Below are positions 17,853-28,696 of a stretch of DNA of 64,000 nt, piece by piece. The position numbers and the translations under genes are program-made. The notes beneath the pieces are model-generated. The model was not told the DNA's origin. It ran no database searches and was given only the letters and a program-made list of their open reading frames with translations. Source of the stretch: a virus. The DNA is taken from positions 1 to 64,000 of the IMG/VR virus record IMGVR_UViG_3300044675_005311; one strand, given 5' to 3'. Each line of letters starts with the position of its first letter. Position 1 is the first letter of the stretch.

Positions 17853-17884
17853 AAAAGAAAAGGGCGATACATTCCGCATCGCCC
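17853..17884 (-). terminator. Rho-independent terminator
   Basis: Minus strand GGGCGATGC-GGAAT-GTATCGCCC followed by TTTTCTTTT. Confidence 0.75.
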
Positions 17885-17929
17885 GACTTCCCAATCTTGG
17901 GTTTGCACAGACAAACATCCCAACAAGAA

Positions 17930-18034
17930 TTACTTCTTGTAGATGATGTAGCCGAGCAATCCGATAATTACAAGAGAGTGTACGTTAGAACCTCCCAAGA
18001 ATTTGTCCGATTTGATGTCCAAAAAACCTGTCAT
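17930..18034 (-). CDS. 34-aa single-pass membrane protein (not in ORF track)
   Basis: MTGFLDIKSDKFLGGSNVHSLVIIGLLGYIIYKK; followed by hairpin and terminator. Confidence 0.7.
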   Translation of the reverse strand: MTGFLDIKSDKFLGGSNVHSLVIIGLLGYIIYKK

Positions 18035-18237
18035 ATTATTTCGTGTCAAATGATTTATATTTGACATACAAATATGGTCAAACACAAATACAAATACGGC
18101 CACATTTTACGATATTATCATATAACTTAATGTTGATAAATTGCTAATCGTACTATGTGATTGATATTCAAGAGAATTGTGATGTTGATAAACATATATA
18201 AGTGAAAACAAAAAATCGTAAAATCAACTAAAATCCA

Positions 18238-21200
18238 ATGGTTAAAAAATATTTAAAGGGTGGCAAAAGCGAGGGTATGTCGCTAAGTGAAGTTGCAAAA
18301 GTTCACAATATGAATGCCGAGCAATTAAGACCCCAACTTCAAAAGGGAATTAAGCACGAACTTGAACACACGGACAAGATAACCGATGCACGAAGAATTG
18401 CCCTAGACCATTTGGTAGAGTTCCCCGATTATTACGACCGCTTGGATAAGATTGAAAAGATGCACTTGGGCGGTGATATGTCAAAACACTTAGCACCCAA
18501 CGGGAAACCTAGTAACCTTACACACGAGCAATGGCACTTGGTACGCACACCCGAATTTAAGAATTGGTTTGGGGATTGGGAAAACGACCCAAAGAACGCG
18601 AGTAAGGTTGTAGATGATAATGGTGAGCCGTTAGTGGTTTATAGAGGGGATAATGCCAATGCTAAAAAAGGATTTGTTTTCAAAACGGGTTTCAATAGAA
18701 TGGGATTTATTAATAAAGATAGATTGCCTAATCAATATTTCCATTATTTTGTAAACAACTATGATGTGGCTTTAGGTTATGGGCAAAATCAAATAGAAAG
18801 CCATAACGAAAAAGTTGAGGAAACGGGGAAAGGTAAATTGTGGGAAGCAAAAGTGACACCTTACTTTTTAAATATTCGGAATCTAATAGATATTACGCCT
18901 AATAATCCATCATTTCCCACTTTTAAAGAATTTGAGAATGAATTAAAAAATGAAATGGGGGAAGAGTGGTTTCAACATTGGAAATATCAACACCCTTATA
19001 ATTATGGAACACGAATAAGCAATAGTTATTTGAATAAATTGTTTGAAGACAAGTTGGGTAAAGATTATTTAGAAGATAGGTACATTTCTAAATGGCAAAA
19101 GGAAGGATTCGCAAATAATAAAACAAATAAAGATTCATATGAATTTTTTATTGAATTTAAAAATAGGAGTTCTTCTAGCGATATTCTTAATAAAGTAGTT
19201 CGTAGTATGTTAGAAAAGAATGTTGATGGTCTTGTGTTTTTGGAATTAACTCATTGGGATGGTGGATTTTGGGGCAATTATAAAAAATATGAATCGGGGG
19301 AATTAAAATATGATTACAAAAGATGGATAGAAAAGCCAAAAGTGTTTGCGACTTTAAATTCCAATCAAATCAAGTTAGCCGATGGCACGAACACTACATT
19401 CGATGGTGAGAACCTCGATATTAGATATAAGCGTGGTGGACGCACAATATCGCAAACACCCGCACCCAAGTCGGATAGAGTCGTTGGTAGCAAAACAAAC
19501 CCAAAAGGGAGTGCTAGTGATAGTAAACTAGGGAAATCAATTAAGTTCAACGATAGCCTAGAAAAAGCCATCCAAAACAAAGTGGATGCGTATAACGAAA
19601 AGCATTCGAGCGACAAAGTGAGTTTGTCAACGGCTAAAGCGATTGTAAGGCGCGGTATGGGTGCATATTCGACATCACATAGACCAACCATAAGCGGAGG
19701 TGCGCCTAATAGTCGCCAAGCGTGGGGATTGGCTAGATTGAATAAGTTCTTGCTAAAAAAGGCGGGAGTGAAAGTGAAAAGTGCTTATATTCAAGATGAT
19801 GATTTGTTGAAGTACGCCAATGGTGGCGAAGTAGTCGCAAAAAATGAGGATATTCGTAGTAATTTTAATACAATGGACAAAGAAGTAAAACACACTATGG
19901 GAAAAGCGGGTGGCTATTTAGTTGGTCGTCGTCACACCGAAGGCGGTATAAAGGCAATGAACAAAGCAACGGGACAACCTTTGGAAATGGAGGGCGGTGA
20001 AGTTGTAATCACGCGCAATGCCGTGTCGGATTCAAAGACGAGAGAGTTTGAAGGGCAAATGCTAACAAACCGCGAAATTTTGTCAAAAATCAACGAGAGT
20101 GGTGGTGGTGTTTCTTTTGAAGACGGCGGTGAGGTGATGGTATGTGGCAACCAATACAACTATGGGGGTACTCTTATGTCCGACCACGATATATTGCATC
20201 AAATGGCCGTTGGTGGCGAATTAGATGATATGAATGAAATGGAGTTTGAGTATGGCGGTGATGTATCGGATTTCAAACTAAAGAATAAGATTGTATTTCC
20301 AATCAACGATGTAGATAGCGCATATTATGTAAACATTTTTGAAGACCCTATGGACTTACAAATATTTAAGGTTGATGTAAGCGTTAGAGGTAGTGGAAGA
20401 CCTATTTTTAAGGGATTTACAAAATGGTCAAAAGATGAGTTCGTATCGAAGAGAAGTTATCAATTCTACAACCGAAAAGATTTTTTGACTCTCATTGAAC
20501 CGCAGGCGCAGACTTATGGGGTGATAACTCCAAGACCATTTACCCAAATACCAAAAAAATCTATGCTTATACCTAGGATGCCAAATACGAGGGCTATGTA
20601 TGATAGGTTTACTTCAATTTTGGACGTTGGGATGCAAAATGTGCCATCTCAATATAATACCGACGCTAAAACTAAATTTAATTGGCTTCTTGGTAATCCT
20701 ACTTTCCAAGAGAATATTATCGAGTTTTTTGATGAGTGGGCAATACAAGAGCCGAACTTTATTTATGAAGAGGGTGTCAAAAAGAAAGTTGTCCGCGCTA
20801 AAAAAGAAGATAAGTTCCAATATGGTATTGAGTCTATAAAGTTTGGTAAAAGTTGGGAGGATGAATTGAAGCCTTACAACAATAAACTTGTAAAGAATGA
20901 TGGTCAAAATTCATTGGTAAATTTACTTACAAAAGTAATTAAAGAATTTTATCTAACCGATTTAACTAATCCTAATTTAAAATTATATGAAGATAGGACG
21001 ATGGAAATACCCGTAAAAGAATTATCATTAATTCAAAAAAATGGGGGTGTTAAAATGGATTATGGTATAACGGCGGTTGGTTTGCGTAATATAGAAATGA
21101 GAACCACCGACCCCACAAGAAATAAATTACTTAATAAAAAATCGGGTTACAATATTAAATTAGTCATAGATAATATTGAAGATTTAGGTGGCGCAAATAT

Positions 21201-22908
21201 TTATTACTACCTATTTGATAAAATGGGTTATCAATATGGTAGCGGGGAATCTACTTGGCAACAATGGTTTAAAAATGACAATATTGATTTTAACATAAAA
21301 CTTTCTTTGGATGACTATTGTAGGGTGGTTGGGTATCTTTTGGCTAGATATTGTTATGAAAATGATTTACCCTCTATAAGACCAATATACAATATATCCG
21401 AAGAGCCTTTGATGATTGAGGATGTAAAAAATGTATTGGAATTTGATGACACGGATTTAAACGTATATCAAGGGAGTCAATTTGGAGCGTGGCTTGCCAT
21501 TTGTGTGCTTTATTATAGAGCCAATTATGTGAGCCAAACATCAAAGGCTAAAACGAGCGCGGATGTCCGTATTGCCCAAAGTTTGAAAGTTGGTGATAAG
21601 GTTGAAATTTCCGAGCAAGAAATGAATGCAATTGGTTTTGATGGATTAGATGAGAATGGCGAATTGTTGAAAGGAGAGGTAATTGGAATCCGTTCCGTAC
21701 CCGCAATGATGCGACCCGTAAATCCCGAAGGCAAAATGTACACGATTCGGTATTATGTACAAGACCCCAATGGGACTCTTAAAAACGATTGGGAGGGCAA
21801 AGATTTGGTATTGCTAGAGCCTAGTGATGTTGTACAATTGGAAGGAGAGCCAACGAGTACTAAAAAACAACCCGTTGGTAAAAACAAAAAAGCCTTGGGT
21901 AACTTGAGTGAGTTGGATAAAAATATTTACGACTTGCAATATCTTATTTCAATGACTTCGGATTTTGACTTTGAGGTAAAGTTACAATTACGTCAACAAT
22001 TGACCGAGTTCCAAAAGTTGAAAGATATTATGTATGCTTCCGAAAATTCCGAACAATTGATGAAGACTACAAGTCCTAATTATGACGGCAAATACGCGGT
22101 CGCCATTATTGAAACGATGTTTAATGCCGATAGTATCACGCTAGATGAAAGACCCAACTATTCACTTCCTAAAGCGGATGGATTTCAACCCAATGGCAAC
22201 GAAACTTTATTGAATCAAACCAACTTCAATCTTATTCAAACACCAATGTTCAAAGAGTGGTTCGGTGATTATTTGAATGCGTATGATTTCAAAGGATTGA
22301 GCGGTTATGATAATATCATTCCCGTAAGTAAAACATTGACGGATGGGTATGAGCCATTGGTCGTTTATCAAGGATTAGGGAGGGTGTTTGAAAGACAAAG
22401 GTTTGACTCTTTCCCAACTTCTTATTTTGCGGTGAATCCCAATTATGCGGAATGGTTTGCAACTACAAAAGGACAACGCACTCAAACCGATGGGTATGTG
22501 CTACCTTTCTTTTTGAATGTTAGAAACCCTTTAGATTTTACCTATTTTGGAATTGACAAAGTAGCACCGAAAGACTTCTTTGATTACCTATTTGTCAAGA
22601 CGGGTCAAACACCCGAACAACTAGGATTTGATGCTAGGTTCTTGCAACCAAATGTGCCACCGATGGAAATATGGGCATATATTAGAAACTCCCCAAATGC
22701 AATTACGGCTATTGCAAAGCAAGGTATTTACGATGGATTTCATTTTTATGAAAATAACCCACAAGCGAGTGGCAATCAATATCAAACCGAAGTATGGACT
22801 ACGTTCTTTTCAAATCAAGCAAAACTTGCAAGTGACCAACGAAGCAAAATGTTATATTCCGCCAACCAAGGTTTCTTAATGGCTAAAGGAGGCTTAGTAA
22901 AAAAATAA
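18238..22908 (+). CDS. 1556-aa polyvalent protein: DUF5661-like, ART-PolyVal x2, DUF5824-like and other modules separated by xxxGG linkers
   Basis: GIKHELEHT..IALDHL..PDYY; PNG...FKNWFGDW...SKVVDDNGEPLVVYRG and PNG...FKEWFGDY...EPLVVYQG; RRGMGAY..SHRP...WGLARLNKF; GRRHTEGGI...EMEGGE. Confidence 0.8.
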   Translation: MVKKYLKGGKSEGMSLSEVAKVHNMNAEQLRPQLQKGIKHELEHTDKITDARRIALDHLVEFPDYYDRLDKIEKMHLGGDMSKHLAPNGKPSNLTHEQWHLVRTPEFKNWFGDWENDPKNASKVVDDNGEPLVVYRGDNANAKKGFVFKTGFNRMGFINKDRLPNQYFHYFVNNYDVALGYGQNQIESHNEKVEETGKGKLWEAKVTPYFLNIRNLIDITPNNPSFPTFKEFENELKNEMGEEWFQHWKYQHPYNYGTRISNSYLNKLFEDKLGKDYLEDRYISKWQKEGFANNKTNKDSYEFFIEFKNRSSSSDILNKVVRSMLEKNVDGLVFLELTHWDGGFWGNYKKYESGELKYDYKRWIEKPKVFATLNSNQIKLADGTNTTFDGENLDIRYKRGGRTISQTPAPKSDRVVGSKTNPKGSASDSKLGKSIKFNDSLEKAIQNKVDAYNEKHSSDKVSLSTAKAIVRRGMGAYSTSHRPTISGGAPNSRQAWGLARLNKFLLKKAGVKVKSAYIQDDDLLKYANGGEVVAKNEDIRSNFNTMDKEVKHTMGKAGGYLVGRRHTEGGIKAMNKATGQPLEMEGGEVVITRNAVSDSKTREFEGQMLTNREILSKINESGGGVSFEDGGEVMVCGNQYNYGGTLMSDHDILHQMAVGGELDDMNEMEFEYGGDVSDFKLKNKIVFPINDVDSAYYVNIFEDPMDLQIFKVDVSVRGSGRPIFKGFTKWSKDEFVSKRSYQFYNRKDFLTLIEPQAQTYGVITPRPFTQIPKKSMLIPRMPNTRAMYDRFTSILDVGMQNVPSQYNTDAKTKFNWLLGNPTFQENIIEFFDEWAIQEPNFIYEEGVKKKVVRAKKEDKFQYGIESIKFGKSWEDELKPYNNKLVKNDGQNSLVNLLTKVIKEFYLTDLTNPNLKLYEDRTMEIPVKELSLIQKNGGVKMDYGITAVGLRNIEMRTTDPTRNKLLNKKSGYNIKLVIDNIEDLGGANIYYYLFDKMGYQYGSGESTWQQWFKNDNIDFNIKLSLDDYCRVVGYLLARYCYENDLPSIRPIYNISEEPLMIEDVKNVLEFDDTDLNVYQGSQFGAWLAICVLYYRANYVSQTSKAKTSADVRIAQSLKVGDKVEISEQEMNAIGFDGLDENGELLKGEVIGIRSVPAMMRPVNPEGKMYTIRYYVQDPNGTLKNDWEGKDLVLLEPSDVVQLEGEPTSTKKQPVGKNKKALGNLSELDKNIYDLQYLISMTSDFDFEVKLQLRQQLTEFQKLKDIMYASENSEQLMKTTSPNYDGKYAVAIIETMFNADSITLDERPNYSLPKADGFQPNGNETLLNQTNFNLIQTPMFKEWFGDYLNAYDFKGLSGYDNIIPVSKTLTDGYEPLVVYQGLGRVFERQRFDSFPTSYFAVNPNYAEWFATTKGQRTQTDGYVLPFFLNVRNPLDFTYFGIDKVAPKDFFDYLFVKTGQTPEQLGFDARFLQPNVPPMEIWAYIRNSPNAITAIAKQGIYDGFHFYENNPQASGNQYQTEVWTTFFSNQAKLASDQRSKMLYSANQGFLMAKGGLVKK

Positions 22909-22911
22909 ATT

Positions 22912-25308
22912 ATGTTACTAGATAAAAACAATATCGAGTCGGCTATCGTATCGTACACCCTTGATGGGTTTTCAATGACGGCGAAAGTATGGACTTATGA
23001 CAACAAGGCTACAATTTTTGTTCTTGACAAAGACGCAAAGTATAATCAAGACTTTTACTATGTCCTCAAGGGCGGTGCGCCCGATGCGGGAACTAGCGTT
23101 GAATCACTAAATGCCGAGGTATTTAGCAATCCATTTGATGCGTATAATAGGTTTCAAGATTTATTGAATGAGCAAGATTCTCAAACGCCACCACCGCCAC
23201 CACCACCCGAAGACCAAAAGATACCAATTATCTTAAAGACCAAAAAGACCAACGAATTTGAAATTCGCGAAGTTAATGGTTTAATGGAGGTCGGTGATGA
23301 TGTCTTGGGTAATGGATTTATTCAAGAAGACAAAAAAATAAATTTCAAAAGTGAAGATGTTTTTGAAACTCAAATTTTTATTGCGGGGGAATCTACGGAG
23401 GCGATATTAATTAAAGCACCTCAATTAGATACTAATGGTAAGGATGCTTATTTTCTTATCCCAAAACAACCACAACCGCCCGAACCACAAACAATACTTC
23501 TTAAAAACCCTACTACGAACGAAGTTCAACTTAGAGAGGTGAATGAGAGTGGCGTTGTCGGTACTCAAAATATGGGTAATGGTTTCATTGTTGACCCTAC
23601 CCTAATTAACCTTGCTAGTGAGGACACGTTTACAACTCAATTGTACGTTGGGGGACAACCTATGGATGTTACGTTGATTAGAAATGCGTCGATGGACACA
23701 AATGGTATGGATGCTTATGTGATGTCACAATCACCACCACCACCACCACCACCGCCAAAACAAACTATTGTATTAAAGAATCCTACTACCAACGAAGTTC
23801 AACTTAGAGAGGTTGATGAAAATGGTGTAGTGGAAAGTCAAAATATGGGTAATGCTTTCATTGTTCAACCAATGAGGATGGACTTAGCAAGTGAGGACAC
23901 GTTTACTACTCAATTATATTTTGCGGGACAACCGATGGATGTTAATTTAGTTAGAAACGCATCATTTGACACGGATGGTATGGATGCCTATATGATGTCC
24001 GAAACACCACCACCCGAAGAGAAAAATGTAATTCTAAAAAACCCTCTTACAAATGAAGTTCAAATTCGTGAGGTCGATGATAACAATGTCGTAAGTAACC
24101 AAATCAAAGCAAACGGATTTTTACTAGCACCAAGTCGCGTTAATTTAAGTAGCGACCCCACTTTTCAAACTCAATTGTATGTAAATGGACAACCAAGCGA
24201 TGTAGAATTGGTTAGAACGCCATCGTTCGACACCGATGGTATGGATGCTTATTCAATATCCGCAACTCCTCCACCCGAAGAGAAAAATGTAATTCTAAAA
24301 AACCCATTATCAAATCAAGTCCAAATTCGCGAGGTAGATGATAACAATGTCGTTAGCAATCAAATCAAAGCAAACGGATTTATCGTTCAAAATGGAGTTA
24401 TGAGATTGGCTAGCGAGAATCAATTTGACACTCAATTGTATATCAATTCACAATCCAATGATGTCAAGTTGGAAAGAACGCCATCGCTTGACACCGATGG
24501 TATGGATGCCTATCTTGTAGCAAGCAATGAAAAAACTAGCATTATCTTAAAAAATCCCGCCACTAATGAAGTTCAAATTAGGGAAGTTGATGAAGATGGT
24601 AATGTTACAAATGAAATTTTGGGTAATGGATTTATCGTACAACCAATGAGAACACCGCTTGTTAGTGAAGATGAATTTGACACCCAATTATATATCAATG
24701 GTCAATCTAGTGATGTAAAATTGATTAAATCTTCGTCGTTTGATACCGATGGTTTGGATGCTTATCTTATCGAAGGTGATGGTGAGCCGAAAGAGAAAAA
24801 GCGTACAATTTTATTGAAAGATAAAACAACGAATGAGGGTCAATTTAGGGAATTACAAGAAGATGGCGAGATAGGTAATGATATTTTAGCACAAGCATTT
24901 ATTACCCAACCAAACCGAATGAATCTTGCAAGTGAAGACCGATTTGAAACGCAATTGTATGTGCAAGGTGAAACTTTGGAAGCGGTTTTAATCAAAAATA
25001 CACTTTACGACAAAGATGGTATGGATGGTTATTCGGTTATGGTAGAGGGAGATAAAAAAGACCCTACGGGGAAAAGTGGAGGCCCTCCACCCGATATTGA
25101 AAATGAAATTTTAAGCGATAGGGTTCGTATTATAAGTGAAGTAAGTGGTATTGACCAAGATATAGTAAAAAATAACTTTAGAAATGTTAATTTAGCGGTG
25201 AATTTCTTATCGGGAATAAATTTCAAAGAATTGCAAAATCGTTTGAACACCGACAAGACCGCATACCAATTAGCGCAAGAGGTTGCACAAGAAATAAGAA
25301 ATTCGTAA
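22912..25308 (+). CDS. 798-aa protein with 7 tandem ~85-90-aa beta-rich repeats and Pro linkers
   Basis: Repeat consensus IILKNPxTNEVQIREVDx...NGFI...L.SED.F.TQLY..GQ...V.L.R..S.DTDGMDAY. Confidence 0.85.
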   Translation: MLLDKNNIESAIVSYTLDGFSMTAKVWTYDNKATIFVLDKDAKYNQDFYYVLKGGAPDAGTSVESLNAEVFSNPFDAYNRFQDLLNEQDSQTPPPPPPPEDQKIPIILKTKKTNEFEIREVNGLMEVGDDVLGNGFIQEDKKINFKSEDVFETQIFIAGESTEAILIKAPQLDTNGKDAYFLIPKQPQPPEPQTILLKNPTTNEVQLREVNESGVVGTQNMGNGFIVDPTLINLASEDTFTTQLYVGGQPMDVTLIRNASMDTNGMDAYVMSQSPPPPPPPPKQTIVLKNPTTNEVQLREVDENGVVESQNMGNAFIVQPMRMDLASEDTFTTQLYFAGQPMDVNLVRNASFDTDGMDAYMMSETPPPEEKNVILKNPLTNEVQIREVDDNNVVSNQIKANGFLLAPSRVNLSSDPTFQTQLYVNGQPSDVELVRTPSFDTDGMDAYSISATPPPEEKNVILKNPLSNQVQIREVDDNNVVSNQIKANGFIVQNGVMRLASENQFDTQLYINSQSNDVKLERTPSLDTDGMDAYLVASNEKTSIILKNPATNEVQIREVDEDGNVTNEILGNGFIVQPMRTPLVSEDEFDTQLYINGQSSDVKLIKSSSFDTDGLDAYLIEGDGEPKEKKRTILLKDKTTNEGQFRELQEDGEIGNDILAQAFITQPNRMNLASEDRFETQLYVQGETLEAVLIKNTLYDKDGMDGYSVMVEGDKKDPTGKSGGPPPDIENEILSDRVRIISEVSGIDQDIVKNNFRNVNLAVNFLSGINFKELQNRLNTDKTAYQLAQEVAQEIRNS

Positions 25309-25325
25309 AAAGTAAAAAAACACAA

Positions 25326-26717
25326 ATGGATAATCAATCAAACATAGCGAGATTAGAGGATTTGGCAAAAAATTCTCCCGTTCCTTTAGTTCGTGAACAA
25401 GCACAAAAAGAATTAGACAAACTTGCCTCCATAGGTAGCGTTCAAGTTCAATCCGTAAATGCGGGTGTAACGGGTTTAGACCCCGATGTACAAGCCGTTT
25501 TGGATGCCTTGAATATGGCCGTGCAAGGGGGTGGAGTAGCCAACATCAATGATATTCGCCAAGTCGTAATAGATGAGTTAGCAAAACGAAAAATCAATTT
25601 CAATGATTTGTCCGATAGCCTTAAAGCATTGCTTAATTCTACTCGTAAAGTAGAATTGACCATTCGTAATATTGCCTCGGTTCAAACTACCACAACGACA
25701 AGTAATGATTTCTTGACGCGTCCTATCATTCAAAAGATTTTGAGTGATATGCAAGCGGAGAACAACGTGTATTTGTATGGTGGCGCGGGTACGGGAAAGA
25801 CATTTAGTGCGGGGGGTATTGCCAAATTGTTGGGTTGGTCAATCATTACAATCAATTGTAACCAATTTACATCGCCAATTGATATTATCGGTGGTCAAAC
25901 CATTGATGGTTATCAAGAGGGTAAATTCACTATGGCGTGGTCGAATGAAATTATTGACGACAACGGCAATATGAAAAAAGTAGATGGTTGCGTATTGCTA
26001 TTGGATGAGTTGCCAAAAATTGACCCCAACACGGCGGGTTTGTTGAACGAAGGTTTAGCCAAAATCAAAGAATACGACTATGACCCGAATACGGGTACAC
26101 GAATTCCTCCAAGCATTTTGAATGGTAGGGGCGAGAGAAAATACTTGGGTAATTGTTTCATAATGGCTGCGGGTAACGTACCACTAAATACCATTGACCC
26201 CGATTACGAAGCCAACTTTAAGCAAGATTTGTCTTTGCAAGATAGATTCATCGGTAGTACATATAAAGTGTTTGTGGATTACTCTTATGAGTTTAGTTCA
26301 ATTATGAAAGGTTATGCGTTCATTTGGATTTTTGGCACAAAACTTCGTGAGGCTATCATTCGTTTGAATGCAACAAACCAAGCGTTTGTTTCTATTCGTT
26401 TGATGCAAAACTTAAAGGCTACTTATGATGTTTATCGTATTGAAAAAGAGAAAAATGATAAGGGTATGGCGACGACAATTACAAGCCCGAAAACAATCAT
26501 AGACTCTCTTAATACTTTCTTTGAATTGTTCAAACCATCCACCCGTTCCGCACTATTAGCCGAATTGGATATTGACGGATTTAAGCGCGTTGTAGCCGAA
26601 AAAGATAAAATGCCGTTTGACAAAAAAGCACCTGACTTTAACACCCCATCGGAGGTGCAAGAGGCACAACAAATGATTTCCAATTACGAAGCGACACAAC
26701 TTTCTAGAGTTATCTAA
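25326..26717 (+). CDS. MoxR/CobS-like AAA+ ATPase
   Basis: Walker A GGAGTGKT, Walker B LLLDELPK, sensor AAGN, R-finger QDRF. Confidence 0.85.
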   Translation: MDNQSNIARLEDLAKNSPVPLVREQAQKELDKLASIGSVQVQSVNAGVTGLDPDVQAVLDALNMAVQGGGVANINDIRQVVIDELAKRKINFNDLSDSLKALLNSTRKVELTIRNIASVQTTTTTSNDFLTRPIIQKILSDMQAENNVYLYGGAGTGKTFSAGGIAKLLGWSIITINCNQFTSPIDIIGGQTIDGYQEGKFTMAWSNEIIDDNGNMKKVDGCVLLLDELPKIDPNTAGLLNEGLAKIKEYDYDPNTGTRIPPSILNGRGERKYLGNCFIMAAGNVPLNTIDPDYEANFKQDLSLQDRFIGSTYKVFVDYSYEFSSIMKGYAFIWIFGTKLREAIIRLNATNQAFVSIRLMQNLKATYDVYRIEKEKNDKGMATTITSPKTIIDSLNTFFELFKPSTRSALLAELDIDGFKRVVAEKDKMPFDKKAPDFNTPSEVQEAQQMISNYEATQLSRVI

Positions 26718-28366
26718 TGGGATTTTTTAGTAGTTGGAGAGGCTTGCCCGTATTTTGTTGGGCGTATGACACGCCCGAAGCGTGGCAAGATGCGTTTGGC
26801 AAAGATTTGTATAAAGATAGAATAAAGGATTACTCTAAAGTTTATGATGCCGAAATAGCACCTATTCTTTTTGAAATGGGAATGAAGTTTAACTTGGGTG
26901 GTGAGCAAGACAAAAGTCGTCTTGAAACAACATCAAGGCCCATAGGTGTATTTGATTTTTCGTTGGCGAGTAAAGGACTATATCGTGTTCAAGAATATTA
27001 CTCTCAAGAACTTGCCATAGACCATCCCAATTTATTTGATACATTTGAATTGCCGTCGGGAATTGTGCCACCCAATTTAGTCGACAATATTACGATAGGC
27101 GGTGTTAAGAATTTTGTTTATAACCACAATGGTAAAATGTATGTTCTTGACAAAAGGCAAAAAGGCACAACCGCTATCAATGATGGAGAAAAAGATGCTA
27201 AATTAAAATTTGCCACATCTACTAAAGACGTTTATTTGAAATTTAAACGTGTTGGTGGTAAAGTAAAGTATGCGGAAATTTATTCTTTATTTTACTATAC
27301 AAGCCTTGATGGTAATGATGAATTTGCTATAAGACACCTACCCGCATTGATGACGGCCGAATACTTTGAAAGTATGGGTATTAAGACACGTGTTTATATG
27401 ACAAGATTTTGCAACCCCGAAGAAACGGGTACATTACGTCAAAATGATTTGCTAACAAATGCCGAGTTACCTATGTACACTCAACAAGTAAATTATAGTG
27501 GCTCGTCGCGATTTGACGACGAGATTATTTTCGCACCGATTATAGTTAAAGATTTTGGTCAAGAACTCGATTGGAAGTCTTGTTTAGTGGTTAGTCAAAA
27601 TGACTCGCACGCAATTTACGATGGCGTAGTAAAGAATATGTTGAGGAACGAAATTGATGGTAGAATTATTTCACCTTATGGTAGCCCCGACCAAACTCAA
27701 GAAAGATATCTAGAAGCATTTGCAAGGTACAAGGAGAAATACCAATTGTATGTAAAAGCGGGGATTTGGAAGAGTAAAGAAATTCAAGAGGACTCTCAAT
27801 TATTGTTTCACTCACAAAGTATTAGACGACATTTGTCGGATGTTAGGGATAGTATGCAACGCGCATACTCCAATAATAATAAAAATCAAGTACGAAGGTG
27901 GAAAGACATTCTTGAAGGAAGCGTAGTTGCAAGAACTTTTTTTGAATGGTGGATGAAAACCGCTGCGGGTCGTTGTCGTGACACCCTTATGATTATGAAT
28001 GCAAAAGAGCCACGCAAAGAAATGCAAAAGGTCATTGATGAATTAAAGGCTAGAATTGATGACATTAATTCTTATTTGCTAATTGTTGTTCCTCAAACCT
28101 ATGCAACTAATAATGCGAAAAATGATTTAGAGAAAGAAATTGCTAGAATAATAGTCCAAAATGATTTCGTTAAAGAAATTCTTCAAAGTGAGGGATTGAT
28201 GATGGATTTTAATGGAGAATACAAATATGAAACCTATTTGAACCGAATTATTACCGACGCTACTACCTATGCGAGTAACCCTTTGTTTGCAACCGATGAT
28301 GATACGATAGAGCGATTGAATGAAAGAGCGGATTTATTGTATAACGACATTAAGTTAAGGAGTTAA
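26717..28366 (+). CDS. hypothetical protein, probable partner of the AAA+ ATPase (possibly degenerate VWA/CobT-like)
   Basis: 549-aa ORF coupled by TAATG; no clear DxSxS MIDAS seen. Confidence 0.5.
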   Translation: MGFFSSWRGLPVFCWAYDTPEAWQDAFGKDLYKDRIKDYSKVYDAEIAPILFEMGMKFNLGGEQDKSRLETTSRPIGVFDFSLASKGLYRVQEYYSQELAIDHPNLFDTFELPSGIVPPNLVDNITIGGVKNFVYNHNGKMYVLDKRQKGTTAINDGEKDAKLKFATSTKDVYLKFKRVGGKVKYAEIYSLFYYTSLDGNDEFAIRHLPALMTAEYFESMGIKTRVYMTRFCNPEETGTLRQNDLLTNAELPMYTQQVNYSGSSRFDDEIIFAPIIVKDFGQELDWKSCLVVSQNDSHAIYDGVVKNMLRNEIDGRIISPYGSPDQTQERYLEAFARYKEKYQLYVKAGIWKSKEIQEDSQLLFHSQSIRRHLSDVRDSMQRAYSNNNKNQVRRWKDILEGSVVARTFFEWWMKTAAGRCRDTLMIMNAKEPRKEMQKVIDELKARIDDINSYLLIVVPQTYATNNAKNDLEKEIARIIVQNDFVKEILQSEGLMMDFNGEYKYETYLNRIITDATTYASNPLFATDDDTIERLNERADLLYNDIKLRS

Positions 28367-28384
28367 AAAATATAATTAAACACT

Positions 28385-28696
28385 ATGGAAATTACCCAAG
28401 TACAAGAATTAGGATTAAAAAAGTTGATGGCAAATATTGCCACATTTTCTAATCTATATGGTAGCATTACCAATTTGATGATAATGACCAACCCAAGTTT
28501 TTCCACATCAATTTTTGTGAAATATGATAAGCAATTTGGATTGGTAAAAGATAGAAGGCTAGAAATAAACATTGTCGAAATAAACGATAGGGGTGAAATT
28601 GTGGTTTTGAACGATGTATTTAAAGGGATATATGAGCGGTACACATTCTTAGGTGAGTGCTTACCGATTGAAGCAAACGAACTAATTGTAATGTAA
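28385..28696 (+). CDS. hypothetical protein
   Basis: 103-aa ORF coupled to the next gene. Confidence 0.7.
   Translation: MEITQVQELGLKKLMANIATFSNLYGSITNLMIMTNPSFSTSIFVKYDKQFGLVKDRRLEINIVEINDRGEIVVLNDVFKGIYERYTFLGECLPIEANELIVM

Noticed and set aside
18131-18191. Two TGTTGATAA DnaA-box-like words upstream of the 1556-aa gene
   Set aside because: One mismatch to consensus in very AT-rich DNA; too weak to call an origin.
22912-25308. Tandem repeats as a possible CRISPR array or DGR template/variable repeats
   Set aside because: Repeats are in-frame, ~260 bp, and diverge at synonymous sites without adenine-specific bias; no cas or reverse transcriptase gene in the window.
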